Assembly: GCA_963514005.1 (NCBI GenBank)
Contig: OY740792.1
Span: 61,752,001 to 61,816,000 of the forward strand
DNA from: Raja brachyura
Lineage: Eukaryota
Direction: 5' to 3'
Length of the DNA: 64,000 nt
Shown here: one piece after another, positions 13,759-25,800 of the stretch
Position numbering within the stretch: position 1 is the first letter of the stretch
Layout: every line of letters starts with the position of its first letter
Made by a program: the position numbers and the translations under genes
The notes under the pieces: generated by a model
What the model was told of the DNA's origin: nothing
The model's database searches: none
The model's input: only the letters and a program-made list of their open reading frames with translations

Positions 13759-14542
13759 ATCTACTGCCTTCTGAGGCAGAGAATTCCACAAATTCACAAC
13801 TCTTTGGGTGAAATTGTTTTTAATCATCTCAGTTTTAAATGGCCTACCCCTTATTCTCAAACTGTGGCACTTGGTTCTGGACTCCGCCAAAATCGTGAAC
13901 ATGTTTCCTGCCTCTAGCGTGTCCAATCCCTTAATAATTCTATATGTTTCTACATGATCCCCTCTGATCCTTCTAAATTCCAGTGAATACTCAACTCCTC
14001 TCATTATGAAGGATAACGTGCCATTAGCTTTGAGGGTACACAAAATGCTGGATAAACTCAGCGGGTGCAGCAGCATCTATGGAGAGAAGGAGATAGGTAA
14101 CATTTCGGTCTGAAACCCTTCTTCGGACTGATGGGGGGTGGGGGAGGCGGGGAGCAGAAAGGAAAAAGGAAGAGGTTTCCATTAGCTTTCTTCACTGCCT
14201 GCTGTACCTGCATGAAGTGTGAGTGGAGTGTGAGTCTGAATGTGAGTGTGGGTGTGGATGTGGGTATGGGTGTGAGTGTGAGGGGAGTGTGAGTGCATGT
14301 GAGTATGTGTGTAGTGGGAGTGTGAGAGTGAGTGTGTGTGAGTGGAAGTGTGAGTGTGAGGGGAATGTGAGTGTGAGTATGTGTGAGTGTGAGTGTGTGT
14401 GAGAGTAAGTGTGTGCGTGCGTGGGAGTGCATGGGAGTGTGAATGAGTGGGAGTGTGTGTGTGTGGGAAGTGTGAGTGTGGGGGGAGTGTGAGTGTGTGT
14501 GAGTGGCAGTGTGAGCGTGTGCGTGTGTGTGTGTGTGTGTGC

Positions 14543-16561
14543 GCCACTCAACAGAAAAGTCCAATAACGGGCAAGACATTGCCAGGGGGCGGGACTTGTC
14601 AGCGATTGGTCCAGACCCCCGCGTCCATCACATCACTGTGAAGAGATGAACATTGTCCCACACCTCCGCTTCAGCCGACCCGCTGCCCGCGGAGGGTGGC
14701 CGTGGGAGAGTGTGGGCTGTCCCGAGGGATGCGCATCTTTGGCCGCTTACAACTTGGTGCTTGGGTTCAGATTGCCCAGTCACCTATGGCTTCTGTGGGA
14801 AAAGGACCCCATGCTCCCATCTCCCCCTTCTCTATCCCCTCTTCTCTCTCCCCTCTTGTCTCTCCCCTCCTCTCTTCTCTCTCTTCCCCTCCTCTCTCTC
14901 CCCCCTCTCTCTCCACCCACTCTGTCCCTTCTCTCTCCCTCTCTTCTCTCTCCCTCCCTTCTCTCTCTCCCCTCCTCTCTCTCCTCCTCTCTCTCCTCCT
15001 CTCTTTCCCCCCCTCCTCTCCCCCCTCCCCTCTCCATCCCTCCCCTCTCCATCCCTCCCCTCTCTCTCCATCCCTCCCCTCTCTCTCCCTCCCTCCCCTC
15101 TCTCTCCCTCTTCTCGCTTTCTCTCCCTCTTCTCTTTCTCCTCCGTCTCCACCAGCGGGGGCGTCCCAGAGTCACTGGATGCACCGCCATCCGACCCCAA
15201 CCCCCACATCAGGGTGATTCCCCCCCCTCCAACTTCAAACAAATGCGCTCAAATTGAAATCTCACATCTTTGTGAGGGAGGGATGGAATGGATGTAACCA
15301 CCGGTTAAACCAAAGGCCGTTAGGACAGGGAAATAATGCCACCAGTTAATTAACCAAATGCTGGCAGCTGTCCGTGTGAAAATACAGCACCTACTAACAA
15401 TGAAGGCTCTGTGAAACCGGCGGCTGCAAACCCTTCCCACGGGACGGGGTTTTAACTCGGCATTAAAAATCAAAACAGAGCTACATTAATTTAAAAACAA
15501 AAATGTTACATGTATAAATCTTTCTTACATTCAGGAACATGGTTAATTAACTGGTGGCCTTATTTCCCTGTACTAACGGCTTTTGCTTTAGCCGGTGGTT
15601 ACATCCATTCCAACCCTCCCTCGCAAAGATGTGAGATTTCAATTTGAGCCCATTTGTTTGAAGTCGGGAGGGGGGAAATCACCCTGGTGTGCGGATTGGG
15701 GTCCGATGGCGGTGCATCACGGTCAGTTACTGTGGGACACTCCCGCCGGTGGAGACAGAGGAGAGAGAAGGGGAAGAGAAAGAGAGAATGGGAGGAGGGG
15801 AAGAGAGAGGAGGGAGAGAGAGGGTGGGAGAGAGCGAGGAGGGGAAGAGAGAGAAGGGGAGAGAGAAGGGAGGGAGAGAGGCGGAGAGAGAGAAGGGAGA
15901 GAGAGAGGGGCAGAGAGAGAGAAGAGGAAAGAGAGAAGAGAGGAGGAGAGAAAGAAGGGGGAGAGAGAGAAGGGGAGTTAGAGAAGGGAGAGAGAGATGG
16001 GGGGAGAGAGAGAGAAGAGGGGAGACGGGAGCATGGGGTTCATTTTCCCACACAAGCCATAGGTGACTGGGCAATCTGAACCCAAGCACCAAGTTGAAAG
16101 TGGCCGAAAATGCGCATCCCTCGGGACAGCCCCCACTCACCCACGGCCACCCTCCGCGGGCTGCGGGTTGGGTGGAGCGGAGGTTTGGGACAATGTTCAT
16201 CCCTCCACAGTGATGTGATGGACGCGGGGGTCTGGACCAATCGCTGACAAGTCCCGCCCCCCGCCAACGTCATGTCCGTTATTGGACTTTTCTGTTGAGC
16301 GGCAGTCAGTCCTTTGGCCTGTAGGCGATGCCGCCTTTCGGGTAGGTGGCGTTTCGACAGAGCGGCCATTCGGTAAGTTTGCTTTTAGGCGACGCAGCTT
16401 TTCGGTTCGTAGGCGTTGAGGCGTCCCATCCTTTACGGTTAGTAGGCGTTTCGTCTTCTGACTCTTTTGGTTTTTTGCCGTTTTGGCCTCGTTTCCATTC
16501 GGTTCTTTGCTTCGACTTCTTTGCTTCGGCTTCTCGTCCGTCGGCGCCACGTCCGCACACG
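14543..16561. mobile_element. Foldback-type non-autonomous DNA element: inverted arms 14543-15356 and 15540-16303, plus a right-hand subterminal repeat array to about 16561
   Basis: The arms are reverse complements (e.g. CTCAACAGAAAAGTCCAATAACGG at both outer ends, CT-rich versus GA-rich cores); spacer about 183 bp; no ORF. Confidence 0.75.
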
Positions 16562-16804
16562 GTTACAGGGGGCAGCATTGCCTCTATTGCCTTGTTGTGG
16601 GGATGTTTTACTTGAGGGGTAATGTTCTGATATGCGGGGTTGCTGTGAAGGTGTGGTGCTGCGTTCCACTTTAAACATTGTTTTTCTTGCAGCGTTTTTC
16701 TGGATTGCCTCATGAGCAAGAAGTTACTAATCGGCATGACATGCGTTTTTATGAGTGATGCCGTATTCAGATGTGGACAGCTGTGAACTGGAAGAGCGAC
16801 CGAG

Positions 16805-16862
16805 ATGTTTCCATGGACAGCCTGCTTCTGTCTTTTTGGCATTTTTCAACTCATAAGAGCAG
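16805..16862 (+). CDS. HHLA2: HHLA2-like leader exon MFPWTACFCLFGIFQLIRA(G)
   Basis: ATG at 16805 (GAGATG context), hydrophobic 19-aa stretch ending in A, phase-1 donor G|GTGACA. An in-frame TGA ends 18 nt upstream. Candidate acceptors at 16692/16693 or 16770/16771. Confidence 0.7.
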
Positions 16863-19800
16863 GTGACAATGCACTTTGCTGATGTTTTGTACGGGCATTG
16901 CTAACTTTATCAGAACCTTGAACAGAGTACAGGTTCGCAACTATTGTGAGCACTACACAGCACAGAAACAGACCCTTTAGCCTACCTTGTTGATGGTGTA
17001 AGTATGAATAGTGATAAACTGACACATTTCTAACGGCCCTGTCCCACGGTACGAGATAATTCCAAGAGCTCTCCCGAGTTTAAAAAAAATTAAACTCGTG
17101 GTAAGCACGGAGAATGAACGTAGCGGGTACGTTGGAGCTCGGGGTCATTTCTTAGCGGCTCGTAACGCTAACGGCAGGTACTCGGGAAGACTCGTGAAGA
17201 TTTTTCAACATGTTGAAGGATGCCCACGAGAGCCCCGAGTACCGACGAGTGGCCATTACCGTGAATCTCCGAATTTGAATCAGGGCAAACCCGGGTCAGC
17301 TCTTGGAATGAACTCGTATTGTGGGACAAGGCCATAAAGGGTTTAAAACAGTTGGAACAGGGTTATACGGTTGGTTAGGCCACACTTGGAGTATTGTGTT
17401 CAGTTTTGGGCACCCTGTTATAGGAAGGATGTTGTTAAACTGCAAAGGGTGCAGAGAAGATTTATCAGGATGTTGCCAGGACTCGAGAGCCTGAGCTACA
17501 GGGAGAGGTTGAGCAGGCTAGGACTTTATTCCTTCGAGCACAGGAGGATGAGGGGTGATCTTATAGAGGTATCTTGACCAAAACACAAAGTGCTGGAGGA
17601 CCTCAGTGGGTCAGGCAGCATTGATCCATAGACAATAGGTGCAGTAGGCCATTTGGCCCTACGAGCCAGCACCACCATTCAGTATGATCATGGCTGATCA
17701 TCCAAAATCACTACTCCGTTCTGGCTTTTTCCCCATATCCCTTGATTCCTTTTGCCCGATGAGCTAAATCTAACTCTCTCTTGAAAACATCCAGTGAATT
17801 GGCCTCCACTGCCTTCTGTGGCAGAGAATTCCAAAGATTCACAACTCTTTGGGTGAAAACATTTTTCCTCATCTCAGTCCTAAATGGCCTACCCCTTATT
17901 CTTAAACTGTGACCCCTGGTTCTGGACACCCCCAACATGGGGAACATTTTTCTTGCTTCTAGTCTGTCCAATCCCTTAAGAATTTTAAATGTTTCTATAA
18001 GATTCCCTCTTTCTAAATTCCAGTAAATATAAGCCCAGTCGACCCATTCTTTCAACACATGTCATCTTATTTCATCAAATGTGGAGGGAATGGACAGGTG
18101 ATGTTCAGGACCTTCTTCAGACCCTTTGGTGTTACATTTAGTTCAGAGTTCTCAGAATTCCACCTCCGTTGCATACAAGAGTACAGCACAGGCCCTTCGG
18201 CCCACAATGTATGTGCCCAACAGACCTTATCCTATCCCTCTATTCCCTGCACCTCTATGTAGGTATGTTACAAAACTTACCTTTAGCGGCGCTGCACTTC
18301 TGCCGCTCCCCGTGTGCGCGACTTTCGCGCCTTGCAGAGGGGGGCGGGCTTAAAGTGCCGTTTTTCCACAGGCCTGGATAATCGATGAATGTCGGGCGAT
18401 TTGGTTGCTGAAGAAAAATCGCTCCGACATTTCATCAATGGTGGTATTTTTAAATTACTCTAGATTATTTATTAACTAGAGTAATTTAAAAATCACCTTC
18501 AAAAGCCGTGACCGCAGACAACCGGAAGCATTTTCCGTAGGGGAGAAAAAAAGGTAAATACTTTATTTTTATATTAAAAGTTGGTTTTTCGGGAGGCATT
18601 AATAATATTTTTAAGTTGCGAAATGGGGTCCCCAAAAAATGTATGAACCCCCAGTATTTTTTCCCCCCGACTTCACCGCTAACCGCAACGTTCCAATCCA
18701 CCGCATTCCACTAAAACCCACTCGCTAGTTGATTTAAATGGCCATTAATTTACAGGCATAAAACACTAAATTCCTTCCATTTGGCCCAGAAATTCATGAA
18801 AATGAAATTAAAAAATTATGTTATATTGTGGATTATTGTGTGAATGTTATTTGGACACTTTGGCAATTTAAAAAAAGTTTATCTTTTCTTAAGAAATTGA
18901 TAGATGTTTAGATCTACTCATTGAATTTTGTAATTAGCTACAATTAGATAACTAACTAATTATATGCTTTAATTTCAGGTAATCCAAGTAAGATTGTTTA
19001 ATATTTGTTTCAGAATGCTTCAATCTATAATAACTGAACATTTCATTGAGTTCTCTTAATTTTTAAGAATGTTATGGACTTTTAACTTTTCCAGATCACA
19101 GCTTTTGAGTTAAGTCAATTGAAAGGCAATGGGAAGCAAGATGCTCATTTCCGAGTATGAAAATTGCCATAACTTTCTTAATACTGAAGATATGAAAGTA
19201 AATTAGGTGTCAAATTAAACTTCTTTTTATGCTTTATCTGATGGGATAAATTGCAGACTTGATTTTTAAAATCTCAAAATTTTGTAACATTGCTACTCTA
19301 TGTGCCTATCTAAAAGACTCTTCAATAATACTGATGTATGTGCCACCACCACCACCCCTGGCAGCAGCTTCTGGGCACCCACCACCCTCTGTGTAAAAAC
19401 CTGCTCCGCACGTCCCCTTCCCACTTTGCCCCCCCCCCCCCTCCCCCAACACCTTATGGCTACGCTTAATATAGTTCCATGATTAGAGTCAAGGCCAGTA
19501 GGTTCTGTTAATCCCCTGATCCATCTCAAAATACTGCTCCACCCTGCGGCAAAGTAGCGCAATGGTAGAGCCGCTGCCTCAGCACCTGGGTTCGATCCTG
19601 ACCTCAGGTGCTGCTGTCTGTGTGGAGTTTGCACGTTCTCCCTGTGACCACAAATGTCTCCTCCAGGTGCTCCGGTTTCCTCCCACATCACAAGACGTGC
19701 GTGTTTGCAGGTTAATTGGCCTCTGTAAATTGCCCCTGGTGTGTAGGGAGTGGATGAGAAAGTGGGATAACATAGAACTAGTGTGTACGGGTGGTGGATG

Positions 19801-22800
19801 GTCGGAATGGGCTGGGTGGGCTGAAGGGCCTGTTTCCGTGCTGTATGTCTGAACTAATGTTAGCGGATGGCTCTGAATCGTGCTCTCGTTGATGCAGGAG
19901 ATGCGGACGATACGTTTCCCGTCAGTAACGGTCAATGTGGCGGTTTGCTTGCAGGTACGAGCTTGGTCGCCGTTGTCTCCAGAGACGTGGTGTTGCCCTG
20001 CACATTCCCACCGGCCCCTCTGCCGGAGATTGTGCTGCACTGGATGTACAGTGTGGGCCAAAGCACCCGGGTGGTGCACAGCTTTTACCGAGGAGAAGAT
20101 CAGTTGGGGAACCAGGAACCACGCTACAAGGGAAGGACGGGACTCTTCCCCAGTGAGATAGAGAGAGGGAATGCGTCGCTCCATCTGACCGCTGTCAGCA
20201 TCCGCGACGAGAGATTGTACCGGTGTTACGTCAGCACTTCGCGAGGGAAGGTGGAGACCAACGTCGACCTGCAAGTGGCTGGTCAGAACCTCATTTATAT
20301 GTCTGTCAGTCCTGTTTAGCGCCTGTCCCACTTGGCCGTCAGTTGTGCCTCCTGTACGCGTCATATGTAAAATCGGTGGACGCGTCGTGACGCGCGACAT
20401 CGCACGCAAATCAGGCGCCATCATGCGTCAGCACAGCCGTCATTAGAATACCCTGTTTCCCTATTCTGCATCATGACCATCATGGGAGAACTACAGACCT
20501 TATTGCTACAGCAACAACACAGACTTCAGTTAGCAGCAGCCCTCATACTTACAGATCAGCCAGGCTGGAGTGCAACCAGAAAGGCCAGCAAGAAACCCAG
20601 GAAGAGGTGTGGGCCAGGTTAGAGGTCACATGACGAGTAAAATGCAGGCCGACTGTGTATGGGCGGTGCATGTTCACGGACGTTGACACATGGTGACGTA
20701 ACCATGCGTCACCAATGCATGCGACACCAATGCATCAGCGTGCGTAGCCAATGCGTCAGCGATACGTCACGCAGGATTTTGTTACACTACGGAATCCTGG
20801 AGCGCCTCGTGATACCGCACGCCACTGCATGCGATTCCATACCTCGCCATGCGCAATGCGTGCATCACCCACGTGTCGACCTATTTTACGTCTGACGCAT
20901 AAATGAGGCGCAAATGACGGCCAAGTGGGACAGGCCCCTTACAGTCATCCAATCATACAGCACAGGAACAGGCCTTTCTGCCCAACACGTCCATGCCGAC
21001 CAACATGCCCCATCTACACTAATCCCACCTGCCCGAGTTTGGCCCATATCCCTCTTAACATTTCCTATCCATGTACCTGGCCAAATGTCTGTCAAATGCT
21101 GTTATTCAGCCAAGTCGAGCGTTAACAAATCTCATTGTAAGTACTCAACAAAGGATCAAAAAACAGATGCAGAGCAAAGTAAAACTAAATAAAAAATATG
21201 GCAGAGGCTGGAACAGGGGAGGTTCAGTTGGTGCCTGTGTAGGAAGGAAGTACAGATATTGGTTCATACACTGAAGATAGACACACAATGCTGGAGTAAC
21301 TCAGCGGGACAGGCATCATCTCTGGAGAGAAGGAGTGGCTGATCTTTCGGATCGAGACCCTTCTTCAGACTGAAGCACCAGAGAACCGGGTTCGATCCTG
21401 ACCACGGGTGCTTGGCTGTACGGAGTTTGTACGTTTTCCCCTTGAACCACGTGGGTTGTCTCCGAGATCTTCAGTTTCCCCCCACACTCCAAAAACCTAC
21501 AGGTTTGTAGGTTAATTGGCTTGGTGTAATTGTATAAATGTAAAATTGTCCTGTGTGTGTGTAGTCAACAAAATAGAGAGAGTACAGAGGAGATTTACTA
21601 GAATGTTGCCTGGGTTCCAGCAACTAAGTTACAGAGAAAGGTTGAACAAGTTAGGTCTTTATTCTTTGGAGCGCAGAAGGTTAAGGGGGGACTTGATTGA
21701 GGTCTTTAAAATGATGAAAGGGATAGACAGAGTTGACGTGGATAAGCTTTTCCCATTGAGGGTAGGGAAGATTCAAACAAGAGGGCATGACATGAGAATT
21801 AAGGGACAGAAGTTTAGGGGTAACATGAGGGGGAACTTTTTTACTCAGTGAGTGGTGGCTGTGTGGAATGATCTTCCAGCAGAAGTGGTGGAGGCAGGAT
21901 CGATTTTAACATTTAAAAGTAAAGTGGATAGGTATATGGACGGGAAGGGAATGGAGGGGTATGGTCTGAGTGCAGGTAGATGGGACTAGGGGAAAATAAA
22001 TGGTCGGCACGGACTGGAAGGGCCGAGAAGGCTGTTTCCGTGCTGTAATTGTTATATGGTTATATGGTTATATGATAGTGCTAGTGTGGGGCGATGGCTG
22101 GTTGCTGCCGACTCAGTGGGCCGAGCGGCTTGTTTCAGCGCTGTATCCCTAAACTAAACTAAACATAGTTCTGGCCACTGTGATTACTCCATGTTTCCAG
22201 CACGGAACGAGTCCTCGTAGCGGTGAAGTTGTCACAGTCGATGCAAAGGGTCATCGCACATCCCCACATCCAGCCAGCTACTGCTGCACACACTGTACCA
22301 CGTCAGCCCATCCAGCTCTCAAAATGCCTCGCCTTACTCTTTTATTTATTTATCACACCCTACCCCCTCTGAACAAACAGCTCCTTCCCCTCTGCTATCG
22401 GGCTTCTGAACGGTCCTTCCATTAGCTAGGACACTGTCCGATTCACTTCTACCCCATTGCAGACATTGGACTTTGACTTTGTAAGGGTGCGCTACAATGC
22501 TGATAACTATATTCTGAACCTTTGCTCTGCCTGTTGTACTCAAGGTCGACTTGATTATATTTAAAGGGAAGGCCTTAAAGCCCTCCGTTGGCTCCTCGGC
22601 CATAGAACCATTCAATTTCCCTCTACTATCCTTCCCCAGCCCCACATGGCCCAATTTTACCTTCTCCCCAAAATCCATAAACACAACTGCCCTGGCAGAC
22701 CCATTGTTTTTGCCTGCTCCTGTCCCACTGAAATGATTTCCACGCACCTCGACGCCATCCAATCCCCCCTGGTCCAATCCATCCCAACCTATGTACAAGA

Positions 22801-25800
22801 CACCTCACAGTCTTTGTCTCTTCGATGACTTCTGCTTTCCGAGTTCCCACTCCCTCATCTTTACTATGGACTTTCAGTCACTCCACACCTCCATCCCCCA
22901 CCAGGAAGGCCTCAAAGGCTTCCGTGTCTTCCTCGATAGCAGAACCAGCAAATTTCCCTCGACTAACACTCTCCTCTGCCTAGTGGAGCTGGTCCTCATC
23001 CTTAACAACTCCTTCGATCCTCCCACTTCCTCCGTCCAAGGCGTAGCTATGGACACCCACATGGGCCCCAGCTATGCCGGCCTCTTTGTAGGGTGTGTTG
23101 AACATTCCCTGTTCCAGGCGTACACTGGCCCTATCCCCAAACTCTATCTCCATTAAATTGTTGCTGGCATCGGTGCTACCTCCTGTACCAATGCACCACC
23201 AATTTCCGACACCTATCTCCCCTTTCTTGATCTCACCATTTCCATCACAGGAGATAGATTATTGACTGACGTCCGTTACAAACCCACTGACTCCCACAAC
23301 TATCTTGACTGCACTTCTTCCCACCATGTTTCCTGCAAAGACTCTATCCCCTACTCCCAATTCCTCCGTCTACGCAGCATCTGTGCCCAAGATGAGGAGT
23401 TCCATACCAGAACATCCGAGATGTCCTCATTCTTTAGGGAACGGCGGCTCCCCTCTCCCATCATAGGTGAGGCCCTCATTCATGTCTCCTCAGTACCCCG
23501 CAGTTTCGCCCTTGCTCCCTCTCCCCCTAGTCACAACAGAGTCCCCTTAACCTTTCACCCCATCAGCCGTCGCATAGATACATAATCCTCCAACATTTTC
23601 ATCAACTCCAACGGGATCCCACCACTAGCCACATTTTCCCATCTCCAAACCCCTTCCGCCTTCCGTAGAGACTGTTCCCTCCGTAACACCCTGGTTAACT
23701 CATCCCTTCCCACCCAAACCACCCCCTCCCCAGGTACCTTCCCCTGCAACCGCAGAAGATGCAACACCTGTTCCTACACCTCCTTCCTCGCTCTGTCCAG
23801 GGACCCCGACAGTCCTTTCCAGTTAGGCAGAGGTTCACTTGCACCTCCTCCAACCTCATCTACTGTATCCGTTGTTCAAGATGTGGACTCTTATACATCG
23901 GTGAGACCAAACGTAGGATGGGCGATCGTTTCACAGAATGCCTTCGCTCAGCCCGCCTGAACATAGTAACATAGAAACATAGAAAATAGGTGCAGGAATA
24001 GGCCATTCGGCCCTTCGAGCCTGCACCGCCATTCAATATGATCATGGCTGATCATCCAACTCAGTATCCCGTACCTGCCTTCTCTCCATACCCCCTGATC
24101 CCTTTAGCCACAAGGGCCACATCTAACTCCCTCTTAAATATAGCCAATGAACTGGCCTCAACTACCTTCTGTGGCAGAGAATTCCAGAGACTCACCACAC
24201 TCTGTGTGAAAAATGTTTTCCTCATGTCGGTCCTAAAGGAATTCCCCCTTATCCTTAGACTGTGACCCCTTGTTCTGGACCTCCCCAATATCGGGAACAA
24301 CATCAGGAACCTACCTCATCTCCCGGTAGCTGGACACTTTCTGTCCTTGATCTCCTCCATTGTCAGAGTGAGGCTAAACTGTGACCGTGTGGGTTTCCTC
24401 CCACATCCCAAAGAGGTGCGGGTTTGTAGGTCCATTGGCCCTCTGTAAGTTGCTCCCAGTGTGTAGAGTGGATGGGAAAGTGGAATAATATAGAACTGGT
24501 GTGGACTTGGTGGGCCGAAGGAACTGCTTCAATGCTGTATCTCCAAACTAAACTATGCTAAGCTAAACTAATCTAAACTGAGGAGCTGAAAGTGAATTGG
24601 CAGCTTGTTATCACTCCAGATGTTGATTGCCGTGTGTGTGTGTGTGTCTAGACACAGCTCCATTGTCTGAGGATTCCGTGGGTTATTGCTTCCTTCCAGG
24701 TGACAGTAAGAACCTGACACTTTTGCCCCCAAACACGCTGTATGCTGAGGTCAACATCACCTGTGGTGTGACAGGTGCTTATCCACAGCCGTTAATAACA
24801 TGGCAAGATGAGAATGGGATCGACCTAACTAATGATGCAACATCAAGTAACACTATTGACTCGGAAGGTCTTTATAACGTTGAGAGCATTTTGAAGACTG
24901 ATAATACGTCAAGGACAATGTACGAGTGCACCATAAGGAATGAACGGTTGCAAAAGTCTTGGACTGCATCCTGGAAAATGCAAGGTAACGATAAGGAATA
25001 AATTACAGGAGACCTGGCCATGCTTTCTTCCTGTCTGTGATCATGGTTAACTGGATATAAGGTGATACTGGATAGACTGTATACTGTGCTTGCAACTGTA
25101 GCAGTTTCTGTCATTCAAACTCCTGTCAAATTAAGTGATGATGCCAAGATGTCCGTCCAAGGACCCCGACAGTCTTCCCAGGTGAGGCAGAGGTTCACTT
25201 GCACCTCCTCCAACCTCATCTACTGTATCCGCTGTTCCAGGTGTCAAGTCCTGCACATCGGCGACACCAAGCGCAGGCTCGGCGATCGTTTCACTGAACA
25301 CCTCCGCTCAGTCCGCCTTAACCTACCTGATCTCCCGGTGGCTCAGCACTTCAACTCCCCCTCCCATTCCCAATCTGTCCTGGGCCTCCTCCATTGTCAG
25401 AGTGAGGCCCAGCGCAAATTGGAGGAACAGCTTACAATGGCTTACACCCCAGCGGTATGAACATTGACTTCTCTAACTTCAATTAACCCTTGCAGTCCCT
25501 CTCTCTTCATCTGCTCCCCCTTCCCAGTTCTCCCACCAGTCTTACCGTCTCCGACTACATTCTACCTCTGTCCCACCCACTCCCCTGACATCAGCCTGAA
25601 GAAGGGTCTCAACCCGAAAGGTCGCCCATTCCTTCTCTCCATAAACGCTGCCTGTCCCGCTGAGTTACTCTAGCATTTTGTGTCTATCTTCGGTATGAAT
25701 ATTGGTAACCCCTGCATTCTCTCTCTCTCTCTCTCCATCCCTCCCCCACCCAAGTTGTACCAGCTTCAAAGTCGTCTTGTTGAGTCTCATTGTCTGTAAT

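Noticed and set aside
14646-16200. Long Pro/Ser/Leu- and Arg/Glu/Gly-rich ORFs
   Set aside because: Artefacts of the CT/GA low-complexity tracts in the foldback arms; the same applies at 28953-29512 and 60172-62233
19955-20281. IgV exon as a rearranging Ig/TCR V segment
   Set aside because: It ends in a splice donor with the G strand already encoded, has no RSS and carries B7-type motifs
19579-20424. 281-aa ORF on the - strand
   Set aside because: Antisense shadow of the GC-rich IgV exon plus flanking SINE and MITE sequence
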